A DNA stretch of 64,000 bases, taken from contig JAJCZL010000068.1 in NCBI GenBank assembly GCA_029262415.1, positions 2,372-66,371 of the forward strand, written 5' to 3'. The position numbers and the translations under genes are program-made. This DNA is from Deltaproteobacteria bacterium (GTDB taxonomy: Bacteria; Desulfobacterota; Binatia; UBA1149; JAJCZL01). The notes below the pieces were generated by a model. It worked only from the letters and a program-made list of their open reading frames with translations. It had not been told where the DNA came from and made no database searches. This document shows, piece after piece, positions 29,814-38,693 of this stretch. Position 1 is the stretch's first letter. Every line of letters starts with the position of its first letter.

Positions 29814-30951
29814 ATGAACGCACCCGATCTCTCTCACCTCGGCGACGAGCGGATCTTCGTCGATCCGACGCTTTACGCAGACTAAGAAGCCTGGCACGCC
29901 GCCACGACGTCTTTCACGACACCTTGAGGGCGGTGTGGATGCCGATCGAGTCCTACCAGAAGCGCACCGAAATGGGGCTGGATCTTCGCTCGCTGGTTCA
30001 GGTTGACGGCAAAGAGCACCGCGACCTGCGCGCGCTCACCAACGAATGGTTCAAACCGGCCAACCTGCGCAAGCGCACTGAAGCCGCGCTGCCCGTGCTG
30101 GCGCGCAAATTTGTCGACCGCATGAAAGACATGGGCGGTGCGTGCGACTTCGCGCGCGACATTGCGCTTTTTTATCCTCTGCACGTCATCATGGGGATCC
30201 TCGGCGTACCCGAACAAGACGAGCCTTACATGCTCGAGATCACGCAGAATCTTTTCGGATCCGAGGATCCCGATCTGAGCGGCGTCTCGTTCACCGATCC
30301 TGCGTTCTTCACCGAGTTAATGAAGATGGCCCAGTACTTTCAAGGCATCACCGATGAGCGTCGGGCCCACCCGACGCTCGACGTTGCCTCGACGCTCGCC
30401 AACGGACAGATCGACGGGCAACCACTGAGCGATATCCAGGCGATGGGATACTACGCGATCATCGCCACCGCCGGCCACGACACCACTTCGAGTTCGCTCG
30501 CAGGCGGCCTGGAGGCGCTCATCCGGCGTCCCGCCGTGATGCAGGAACTCATCGACGACCCCTCGCTGATCCCCAACGCGGTTGAGGAGATCGTCCGCTG
30601 GGTAACGCCGGCGCGGCACTTTCGGCGCGAGGCACAAGAGGACACCGAAGTTAACGGCGCCCGCTTCAAGAAAGGCGAGTACGTGTTTCTTTTCCATTTG
30701 TCTGCGAATCGAGACGAGACCGTGTTCGAAAACCCGATGGAGTTCGACATTCACCGCCCAATGCGCGTGAGCATCTCGCGTTGGGAATCGGCGTACACTT
30801 TTGCCTCGGCGCACACCTTGCGCTGAGGGAAACGAGCCCCGACTCCGTTTCCGTAGATACCTGGGATTCACGGTCGGGCTATCGCGACTGCAACAATCAC
30901 GGCCCGGCGGCCTGTTTGCGCCGGACCCGGCGGGTGCGCTAGGCTGGCCCA
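29814..30951 (+). pseudogene. cytochrome P450, disrupted (N-terminal stop/deletion and C-terminal frameshift)
   Basis: RBS AGGAG + MNAPDLSHLGDERIFVDPTLYAD hits TAA at 29883; P450 core continues in another frame (ORF 29750..30826: AGHDTTS I-helix, EIVRW K-helix); heme loop HLALGIGVHFCLGAHLA is in a third frame after about 30757. Confidence 0.5.
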
Positions 30952-31037
30952 GCGCTCAGGACAATTGAAGTATCAAGACCGCGACGGCTGGGCCGCGCTA
31001 TGCGACCGGCCCTGTTGCACCCTGCCGCCGAGAGGTG

Positions 31038-31089
31038 GGCAAGAGGTGGCAAGACGTGAGCAAGAGGTGAGCAAGAGGTGAGCAAGATG
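31038..31089. repeat. 5 x 10-11-bp tandem repeat (A/G)GCAAGA(G/C)GTG spanning the translation start of the 31078 gene
   Basis: ggcaagaggtg gcaagacgtg agcaagaggtg agcaagaggtg agcaagATG; each unit carries GAGGTG (SD-like + GTG). Confidence 0.65.
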
Positions 31090-32868
31090 GGCACTTCGAC
31101 CATAACCCTTACACATGTGCAGCGAACCTTCGCATTGGTGGCTGTATACCTCGTTGTTTCGCTAAGCCTCGCCAAACCCGTGAGCGCGCAGAATCCTTGC
31201 CAAGTCGCCGACAACGGCAGCGGGACGGTGTCTTTGCCGCCGGCAGGTTGTCAGTACCTAAGCCCCAGCGAGGTCCACATGATCATCGCCGGGCTTCCGC
31301 CCGGCACCACCATCGAACTGTCACCGATCCACAAGACCTTCATCAATGCTGCGGCCGGCGCGGGCGGTACGCTCGGCGGTGATATCGAGACCTTCGACTC
31401 CACGCTCGAATTCGGAATGATCGGGACCGGCGCCCTGTCGGGGTTCTCACGTTTGCTGCAAATTCCGGTGGCGGTAGAGACGCATACGGCTCCACGCTTG
31501 CCGAACGATCCCATTCAGAGCTTTGACACCGAGATCTTTCGCATCTCAGGTGAACTGTTCGGCGACCCGGACTTTTGTACCCTGCGAGTGACCGCGGGTG
31601 CGGGCAACGCCTTGCCGAGCCCGGGGCGCACCACGCTGGTGCAGTTGCCGTCGGGCGACTTCAACGTCGACAGCTTTTTCGACATCAGCTACCAGATCGA
31701 GTTCGTCGGATGCCCGGGCAGCGTACTCGAGGGCTTCGCGGGAACGACCTCCGATACGATCAAGATGCGTACCGGTGAGCCGGTGTTGCCCACGTGCACT
31801 GTCATCGACAACGGTAGCGGGACGGTCGATCTGCCGCCCCCGGGTTGTGGATACGTCTCGCCGAGCGATTTGCACCTGATGATCGACGGCTTACCGCCGG
31901 GCACAGAGATCCGCGTAAGCCCGGTACACAAGGGCTTCTTCGTGAACGCGCAAGGACCCGGCGGCAATCTTGGGGGCGAATTCGAGCAGTTCGACTCGCA
32001 GCTCGAGATGGCTATGCAAGGCACCGGTGTCTTGGCAGGCTTCCAGAGGCTGATCTCGTTGCCGCTGGCGGGCGAATCGCACATCGGACCCCGCACGCCG
32101 GGCGACCCCGTACAGACTTTCCCAAACGACATGTTCCAGCAGCAAGGACAGATCTTTGGCGATCCGGACTTCGCGCAGCTCCAAGTCAGCGCCGGAACCT
32201 CCTTAGGCCTGCCGAGCGGTGGTCAGACTACGTTGGCCCGGTTGCCCAGCGGAGAGTTTCAGGTGGATAGCTTCTTCGACATTTCCTACCAGATCGATTT
32301 CGTCGGCGCACCGGGAAGCGCGCTCGACGGATTCGCCGGCAGCACCCAGGGGACGGCGCGGATGCAGGCCGCCAACATCGAGCAGCCCGGCGCGTGTTGT
32401 GTGGAGTTTGGCTGCTTGGAAGAAGTCACCGAGCAGTGCTTCGCGATTGGCGGTCAGCCACAGGGCAGCGGAAGCACATGCGGCGGAATCATTTTCCGTG
32501 GCCTGCCCGGTGGATCGATTTGCACGCCCCCTCCGACCACCACAAGCACGACGACGAGCACCACAACGAGTACGACGACGACCACGACGACAAGTACGAC
32601 TACAAGTACCACGACGGGTCCGACGACAACCACGACCCTGCCGAGCAGCTGCAACTGCGGTGACCCGGTTATGCCGGGGGGAGCATTTTTGCGCGCCGTG
32701 ACCTCCACCGATGCGCTGTTCACGCTTCAAGCGGGCGTCGGAGCACAGGTATGTGCGGCGTGTACCTGCGACGTCAACAACTCCGGAGCGGTCAACGCGA
32801 CCGATGCGCTGATTGTTCTGCAGTCCGCGGTCGGCCAACCCGTAGTGCTTAACTGTCCCGTCCTCTAG
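31078..32868 (+). CDS. secreted protein with two about 200-aa tandem repeat domains, Thr/Ser linker and C-terminal dockerin-like module
   Basis: Signal peptide; DNGSGTVxLPPxGCxYxSPS...FFDISYQIEFVG repeated twice; TTTSTTTSTTT linker; C-terminal DVNNSGAVNATDALIVLQSAVG. Confidence 0.6.
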   Translation: MSKMGTSTITLTHVQRTFALVAVYLVVSLSLAKPVSAQNPCQVADNGSGTVSLPPAGCQYLSPSEVHMIIAGLPPGTTIELSPIHKTFINAAAGAGGTLGGDIETFDSTLEFGMIGTGALSGFSRLLQIPVAVETHTAPRLPNDPIQSFDTEIFRISGELFGDPDFCTLRVTAGAGNALPSPGRTTLVQLPSGDFNVDSFFDISYQIEFVGCPGSVLEGFAGTTSDTIKMRTGEPVLPTCTVIDNGSGTVDLPPPGCGYVSPSDLHLMIDGLPPGTEIRVSPVHKGFFVNAQGPGGNLGGEFEQFDSQLEMAMQGTGVLAGFQRLISLPLAGESHIGPRTPGDPVQTFPNDMFQQQGQIFGDPDFAQLQVSAGTSLGLPSGGQTTLARLPSGEFQVDSFFDISYQIDFVGAPGSALDGFAGSTQGTARMQAANIEQPGACCVEFGCLEEVTEQCFAIGGQPQGSGSTCGGIIFRGLPGGSICTPPPTTTSTTTSTTTSTTTTTTTSTTTSTTTGPTTTTTLPSSCNCGDPVMPGGAFLRAVTSTDALFTLQAGVGAQVCAACTCDVNNSGAVNATDALIVLQSAVGQPVVLNCPVL

Positions 32869-35800
32869 ATGACCGGACTCCTCACGCGGGTTGCGCTCGA
32901 CTCTCCGCGCGCGGCCGTGGCAATAGGGGTCTTGATCACCGCGGTATTCGCAACGGGAATCGCGGATCTCGAGCTTCGCACCGGCGGCGATATCCTGCGG
33001 CCCGAGGGGCATCCTTTCGTCGTTCAAAGCGGCGACGACAACCTGCGCTTTCGCGAGCCGCGCCAGGCGATTGTCGTGGTGTCCTCGCGCAAGGGCGGCC
33101 CCGCAGTGGCTTCGCCTCAGGGGTTTCGGTTTCTCAAGCGCATCGACAGCGAACTCAGAACGCTGCCCGCGGTACGCGCGGCCGGGGTACTTTCGCTTGC
33201 GCGACTCGCACGCCCGGTCCGCGAAGACGGATACTTTGGCCTACGCCGCCGCCTCGATCAGGTTCCCGACGACCCCGTTCGCTTCGCAGCACTGCTCGCC
33301 GAGCTTCGCAGCCAACCTCGTACCGACGGACTGCTGCTGGCGAGTGACGGCCGCCTCGCGGCGGTGTACGTCCCACTGAGCGAGGATCGCTCGGTCGGCG
33401 AGGCTATAGGCGAATTGCAGGCCTGGGCGTCGCAATCCATCAACGCACCTTTCGCAGTTCAACTCACCGGCCCGGAGACCGCCGAGGCGACACTCGGGAT
33501 CATGGTGCTGCGCGACCTCGCAGTACTAGTGCCGGTGATGCTCGCGGTGATCGTGACGGTGCTGTTCGTGGTTTTCCGCAATCCGGGCGGAGTGCTGATT
33601 CCAATGATCGAGTCGCTCGTAGTCTTGCTGTGGACGCTGGGAGCGATGGGCTGGCTCGGAGTGCCCGTGACACTTGTCACGACGATTCTACCGGTGGTGT
33701 TGATGACGATGGCGATCACCGATGAAATCCACCTGCTCGAACGCGTCGAGGCCCACCGTGAACAGACCTCCAGCGGTTCGATGAGGGAGGCGGTCGAACT
33801 TTCGCTCGACGAAGTCGGCGCTCCAATTGTATTGACCTCAATCACTACCGCCCTCGCCTTCGCATCCTTCCTTAGCGCCGATATGGCGCCGGTGCGGCAG
33901 TTCGGCGTATTCACCGCATTCGGCATCCTCGCAGCGATGTCCCTTACCTTTGTCTGGATCGCGCCGTTGATCGTGCTGCTCCCCGAGTCGTGGTTTCGCC
34001 GACGCGCGCGCCGGCGATGGCTGGCGGCCGGCGTCGGCCTGGGGCGCTGGGCGGCGCGCCGTCCGAATCTAGCGCTCGCAGTCGGCGCGCTCGCTGTCAC
34101 CGCCGCAGCCGGCGGCCTTCCTGCGCTTCAGGTCCAAGATTCATGGATCGCCAACTTCGCCCCCTCCGACCGGCTGGTCGAGGCCGAGACACGCTACAAC
34201 CAGTCGTTCTGGGGGTCTTACCGCTTCGACATCACCGTGCAGGGGCCGCGCGAGTTGTTCTACAGCCCGGACGGCGCGGCGCTGGTGGAACAAATAGAAG
34301 AGTTAGCCGAGAAAGCCCCGCACACTCAGGCCGCTCTGAGTCACTTGGCGACCCTGCGTGAGATTGCCGAGGCGCTCGGACTGTCAACACACATTTCGTC
34401 GCTTACCGCGCTCGAAGTCGCCGATCTGGCCACGCTTGCAGAGATGGCCGAGGGGCGTTCGCGGTTGCGCGAGTTCATCACCGAAAGCGATGACGCGGTA
34501 CGCGTTCGCCTTTTCATGCGCGATGCCGACTATCGGCGCGCCGATGAGTTGCGTGGCTACCTCGACCGGCATCTCCCGCAACTGCTGCACGGGTTTGAAG
34601 TCGACTATCACTACAGCGGCGACCTGCCGGCCGCGCTCGCGACCGTCCACGCGATTGTCGGCAACCAGGTAAGCTCGGTCGCTTGGGCTCTGCTTACCGT
34701 CGGCGCGGTGCTTCTGGTGATGACCCGCCCGGGTGGGATGCTGTTGTGCTTGGTGCCCGTCGCCGTCGGAGTCGTGGTCGTACTCGGCGCTATGGGGTAC
34801 GCGCGGATTCCACTCGGTATCGCCACCAGTATGTTCGCCGGCCTGACAGTCGGCGTCGGCGTCGACTTCGGCATTCATCTGCTGCATCGCTACCGTCTAG
34901 AGCGCAGCAGAGGCCGCTCGCCTGACCGAGCTGTGGAGGCCGCCGTCGAAACGGCGGGGACAGCCATCGGGTGGGACGCTTTGGTGCTCGCGGCCGGTTT
35001 CTTGGTTCTCATGTTTTCCGCCGTGCGTCCCAACCACAGTCTCGGCGTGTTGCTTGCGGCGGCGATGGCGGCGTGTTCTGCAGGTGCCATGCTGTTCTCA
35101 CCGCGCTTACTCCGTTGGCTCGCGGCCCTCGCTTTGGTCTTTCCGTTGATTGCACCCCCCAACACCACCGCTGCCGAACCGTCGGCCACGACGGCGACCG
35201 AGGCGTGCAAGCGTCCCGAAAACGCCGAAGCTGCAGCGATAATTGCTGAACTAGAGCAGCGCTTCCGCAGCCGTCCGTTGATCACGCGGATGCAGATCGG
35301 AACGGTCTATGGGGAAAAGCACCCACTGCACGCACACTTCAAGGAGGAGCCCTACGAGAAGACTCTGTGGGGGGTCTTCGACGGCGACTCCTCGGTCACG
35401 CGCCTGCTTTACGTATTCTCTGCGCCGGGCCGCTTAGCCGGGACCACGCTACTCATTCACGATTTCGCCGAACCGGCCAGAACCGACGGGATCTGGATCT
35501 ACCTGCGCTCGTTTGAAACCTTTACCAAGCTCGACGCCCGCTCCGAGCGGACCATGGTGCCGGGAACCGCCCTTACCTACGAAGACTCGCGCGGCTTCAT
35601 ACCGCGCGACAAGTACCGTTTCACGTTTACCGAACTCGACGGCATCAAGCCGCGTGAGCACGAGAAACTCGTCTTGGGTTGCCCCGCGAGCGAGCGAATC
35701 CGTGAGAATCTCGGGTATGGATCGGTGGTGGTGCTCATAGATACGCATCTAGGGCTGGTTCGAACGATCGTCTACCGTGACCTCGGCGGCAAGACATTGA

Positions 35801-36111
35801 AGCGTTACGATGTTGTTGCCACCAGCAAACTTGGCGACGAAACGCTGGCTGCCGCGGTACGCATGGAACACCTCACCGATGGGTTCGCCACCACGCTCGA
35901 CTACCGGTACTGGCGGCCGAGCTCCCCGCCCCCGGCTGCGATCTACGATGCGGAAATAGGCAAAGAGAAGTTCTTACCGCGTCTGCAACGGTTGCTCGGC
36001 GACGGCGAGGCGGGTGGACGCCTGCGCAAGGAGATCGAAGCCGCCGACAAAAGCGTGGCCGAATACGAGAAGCGCGAGCGAGAGCGCGCGGTCAAGACCG
36101 AGAGGCCGTGA
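32869..36111 (+). CDS. MMPL/RND-superfamily exporter with fused C-terminal LolA-like domain
   Basis: ATG immediately follows the upstream TAG; two 6-TM bundles with RND/MMPL-like motifs; about 320-aa soluble C-terminal tail (IWIYLRSFETFTK...GTALTYEDSRG) resembling LolA_like lipoprotein-sorting proteins. Confidence 0.65.
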   Translation: MTGLLTRVALDSPRAAVAIGVLITAVFATGIADLELRTGGDILRPEGHPFVVQSGDDNLRFREPRQAIVVVSSRKGGPAVASPQGFRFLKRIDSELRTLPAVRAAGVLSLARLARPVREDGYFGLRRRLDQVPDDPVRFAALLAELRSQPRTDGLLLASDGRLAAVYVPLSEDRSVGEAIGELQAWASQSINAPFAVQLTGPETAEATLGIMVLRDLAVLVPVMLAVIVTVLFVVFRNPGGVLIPMIESLVVLLWTLGAMGWLGVPVTLVTTILPVVLMTMAITDEIHLLERVEAHREQTSSGSMREAVELSLDEVGAPIVLTSITTALAFASFLSADMAPVRQFGVFTAFGILAAMSLTFVWIAPLIVLLPESWFRRRARRRWLAAGVGLGRWAARRPNLALAVGALAVTAAAGGLPALQVQDSWIANFAPSDRLVEAETRYNQSFWGSYRFDITVQGPRELFYSPDGAALVEQIEELAEKAPHTQAALSHLATLREIAEALGLSTHISSLTALEVADLATLAEMAEGRSRLREFITESDDAVRVRLFMRDADYRRADELRGYLDRHLPQLLHGFEVDYHYSGDLPAALATVHAIVGNQVSSVAWALLTVGAVLLVMTRPGGMLLCLVPVAVGVVVVLGAMGYARIPLGIATSMFAGLTVGVGVDFGIHLLHRYRLERSRGRSPDRAVEAAVETAGTAIGWDALVLAAGFLVLMFSAVRPNHSLGVLLAAAMAACSAGAMLFSPRLLRWLAALALVFPLIAPPNTTAAEPSATTATEACKRPENAEAAAIIAELEQRFRSRPLITRMQIGTVYGEKHPLHAHFKEEPYEKTLWGVFDGDSSVTRLLYVFSAPGRLAGTTLLIHDFAEPARTDGIWIYLRSFETFTKLDARSERTMVPGTALTYEDSRGFIPRDKYRFTFTELDGIKPREHEKLVLGCPASERIRENLGYGSVVVLIDTHLGLVRTIVYRDLGGKTLKRYDVVATSKLGDETLAAAVRMEHLTDGFATTLDYRYWRPSSPPPAAIYDAEIGKEKFLPRLQRLLGDGEAGGRLRKEIEAADKSVAEYEKRERERAVKTERP

Positions 36112-36139
36112 CCGCGCTAGGGTTACGAGTCGGAGCGGC

Positions 36140-36541
36140 CTAAGGGAGGTTGCCGATGTTTCGTTGTCTGAGCGCCGAGACTGTCGCGAGCGCGGTAAAA
36201 TCGCGGTCGTGGTGCAGCAGTTCCAAGTCGTGGCGAATTGCGCTGGCTGCGATCAGGCAATCGACCGAGCTGCGCACCGCGGCTCCGCCCCTGCGTGCTT
36301 GGCGGTAGAGGTCGGCGGCGTGCAAATAGAGCGATGCGTCGGCAGGTGAATCGACGGTCGGCATCGCCATGAACGCATCACGCGCGAGCCGAAAGGCACG
36401 CTCGTTGTCGAGCCCTTGCAGGGCCTCTTGAATAACGGGCAAGCAGGTTACCAACTCGTCGAAGTCGGCGAGTGCTTCGAGGTCGAGCGGGTTGTTGTTT
36501 CGAAACACATCGACCCATACCGAGGTGTCGACCAATGTCAC
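36140..36541 (-). CDS. vapC: PIN-domain toxin VapC
   Basis: VTLVDTSVWVD N-terminus (GTG start overlapping upstream stop as GTGA); conserved acidic residues; paralog of 57166..57570. Confidence 0.7.
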   Translation of the reverse strand: MTLVDTSVWVDVFRNNNPLDLEALADFDELVTCLPVIQEALQGLDNERAFRLARDAFMAMPTVDSPADASLYLHAADLYRQARRGGAAVRSSVDCLIAASAIRHDLELLHHDRDFTALATVSALRQRNIGNLP

Positions 36542-36669
36542 TTCTTGCCTTTCCTGTAGACCGCCCGGTCTTTGCGCATTTCGGAAAGATCGCCTTGCCA
36601 GGCGCCCGATCCGCGCAGTTCGAGGATGCGTCTCGCCGATGGCCGCGAAAGCCATAACACCGAAAGCAT
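36538..36669 (-). CDS. truncated VapB-like antitoxin remnant (C-terminal half only)
   Basis: +1-frame ORF MLSVLWLSRPSARRILELRGSGAWQGDLSEMRKDR... ends TGA overlapping vapC GTG; matches the C-terminus of VapB at 57557..57769 but lacks the RHH N-terminal half. Confidence 0.25.
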   Translation of the reverse strand: MLSVLWLSRPSARRILELRGSGAWQGDLSEMRKDRAVYRKGKK

Positions 36670-36744
36670 TGAGCGGGCTAGGTCGACGCGGCTAGGGCCC
36701 TCACCGTGCCGCCCGCTGGGGCGGTCTCAAGATCGGGCTTGTTG

Positions 36745-36772
36745 TGTCTACATTTGAAGAGTAATGTAGACA
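36745..36772. promoter_or_regulatory. 10-bp perfect inverted repeat TGTCTACATT-N8-AATGTAGACA (putative TA operator)
   Basis: Ends 2 nt before the phd ATG at 36774. Confidence 0.4.
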
Positions 36773-36773
36773 C

Positions 36774-37037
36774 ATGCAGGTCGGAGTGCGTGAATTGAAG
36801 CAGAAACTATCGAAGTACCTGGAGCGTGCCGCTGCAGGTGAGACGATCACCGTCACCGACCACGGGGTGCCCAAGGCCGTGCTCGGCCCGATGCCGGGCG
36901 TCGACCGAATTGCGCAGGGGATTGCCGAAGGGTGGATTACACCGGCCGAACAGCCGCCTGATCCTAAGCGCAAATGGAGTCCGTCGAAATCCCAGCGTCG
37001 GATCCAAGATGTACTGGACGAGGATCGGGGGGATTGA
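36774..37037 (+). CDS. Phd/YefM-family antitoxin
   Basis: MQVGVRELKQKLSKYLERAAAGETITVTDHGVPKAVL is typical of Phd/YefM. Confidence 0.7.
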   Translation: MQVGVRELKQKLSKYLERAAAGETITVTDHGVPKAVLGPMPGVDRIAQGIAEGWITPAEQPPDPKRKWSPSKSQRRIQDVLDEDRGD

Positions 37038-37438
37038 GTCTCTACATCGACACCAGCGCGCTGATGAAAGTTTACGTCAACGAGAACGCGAGTGAAGAGT
37101 GTCAACGGATACTCAAGTCCGATCCTACGTGGATTACTGCACGGCACACGTGGGTAGAGGTGATGCGCAACCTTCCGCGTCTGTTGGATCGGCCCGAGCT
37201 TCGACGTCAGGAGAAAGAGTTCCGCAGCGACTGGCGCAGCATGTCGGTGATCGATCTTGACCAACAGACTTGTGAACGCGCGGCAGAGATCGCGCGGACG
37301 CATACTGTTAGGACGCTCGACGCGCTCCATTTGGCAGCGGCGGTGCGAGCCGGCGGAGCCTCGCTCCCCTTCGTGACCTACGATCTCCGCCAGGCCCAAG
37401 CGGCGCGTGCGCTCGGGCTGACGGTGCTTGGCAGCTGA
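37034..37438 (+). CDS. vapC: PIN-domain toxin VapC
   Basis: LSLYIDTSALMKVYV N-terminal PIN motif; TTG start overlaps phd TGA (aTTGA). Confidence 0.65.
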   Translation: MSLYIDTSALMKVYVNENASEECQRILKSDPTWITARHTWVEVMRNLPRLLDRPELRRQEKEFRSDWRSMSVIDLDQQTCERAAEIARTHTVRTLDALHLAAAVRAGGASLPFVTYDLRQAQAARALGLTVLGS

Positions 37439-37505
37439 CGCGCCGGTCTGTACGCAGCGGCTGCTGACAAAGGGACCGCAGCGGGATAAGCGGCGTGGCC
37501 TCTTT

Positions 37506-38156
37506 CTACGCCGCCGCGCGCATCGCGCCGATGGTGCCCGGGTAGTCGCCGCTGCCGAAGATCGCCGAGCCGGCAACTACTACATCGACGCCCGCGTCGA
37601 GTACCAACTTGACGTTTTCCGGATTGATGCCGCCGTCTACTTCGAGCAGGCACGACGAGCCCTGGCGCTTTTTCAATCCGGAGAGCAGACGCAGCTTATC
37701 GAGTGCAACCGGCATGAATTTCTGCCCGCCAAAGCCTGGGAAGACACTCATCACCAGGATCAGCGCCGCGCGATCGATCCACGGCGAGACGGTCTCGATC
37801 TGCGTATCCGGGTTGATGGCAACGCCGGCCTTGGCGCCGTGGCTCTCGATCAACTGAAACAAGCCTTCGAGATCGTCGGTGACTTCTTGGTGAACGGTGA
37901 TGTAGTCGGCTCCGGCCTTAGCAAAGGCCTCGATGTACTTTTCCGGCTCTTCGATCATCAGGTGAACGTCGAGAGGAACGTCGGTTGCGCGGTCAAGTGC
38001 GCCGACAATGTCGGGGCCGAGCGTGAGGTTGGGCACGAAGTGTCCGTCCATCACGTCGACGTGCAGCCAGTCGGCACCGGCGGCGACGACGTTTCGGGCC
38101 TCTTCGGCGAGCCGCCCGAAATCGGCGGCGAGAATCGACGGGGCGATCAAAGGCAT
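37506..38156 (-). CDS. rpe: ribulose-phosphate 3-epimerase
   Basis: MPLIAPSILAADF...HVDVMDGHFVPN...DGG motifs; start refined to MPLIAP (track ORF extends to 38276). Confidence 0.85.
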   Translation of the reverse strand: MPLIAPSILAADFGRLAEEARNVVAAGADWLHVDVMDGHFVPNLTLGPDIVGALDRATDVPLDVHLMIEEPEKYIEAFAKAGADYITVHQEVTDDLEGLFQLIESHGAKAGVAINPDTQIETVSPWIDRAALILVMSVFPGFGGQKFMPVALDKLRLLSGLKKRQGSSCLLEVDGGINPENVKLVLDAGVDVVVAGSAIFGSGDYPGTIGAMRAAA

Positions 38157-38265
38157 AGCCGGTTTATACGAACGCGCGGCGTAGGGGTCAAAGCGGCATC
38201 TGCGGGCTACGCAAGCCGCGGCCGCGCTGCTTGTGTCACGCTGCGCGCGATGGCAGACCGTCAAC

Positions 38266-38673
38266 ATGGAAATCACAACTCTGGTCGGTGGCTGTCTATG
38301 CGGGGCCGTGCGCTTCGAGATCGGCGGCGCGGCACGCCATCTCTGCTTTTGTCACTGCCATAGCTGCCGGTTGGCCGGCGGCGCACCGTTTGTCGCGTGG
38401 GCAAGCGTCGATGCCGATCGCTTCGTTCTGACCCGGGGCGCGTTGCGCGAACACCGCAGCTCGCAGTGTGTTGCGCGTGGGTTCTGTGCCGAGTGCGGTA
38501 CCTCTATTACATACGCGCACGAAGGACGACCCGACGACCTCGACGTCGCGATTGCGACACTCGATCAACCGAATGCACTTGCACCCGCTTGTCACGTCTG
38601 GGTCTCAGAGAAGCTTGCGTGGGTTGAGATCGGCGACGGGCTGCCGCAGTTCGAGGAGTTCGGGGCGGTCTAG
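38266..38673 (+). CDS. GFA-family (CENP-V-like) zinc-binding protein
   Basis: CxC...CHCxxC...CxxCG cysteine pattern typical of the GFA family. Confidence 0.65.
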   Translation: MEITTLVGGCLCGAVRFEIGGAARHLCFCHCHSCRLAGGAPFVAWASVDADRFVLTRGALREHRSSQCVARGFCAECGTSITYAHEGRPDDLDVAIATLDQPNALAPACHVWVSEKLAWVEIGDGLPQFEEFGAV

Positions 38674-38693
38674 CAGCGGCCGTCGGCCGGCGG

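Noticed and set aside
38205-38225. Apparent 1-nt discrepancy between the displayed sequence (ccgcgggccgcg) and the ORF-track translations of 37506..38276 and 37428..38363
   Set aside because: It most likely reflects a transcription or line-formatting issue rather than biology. It only affects hand-refined coordinates by about 1 nt, and the rpe call is unaffected.
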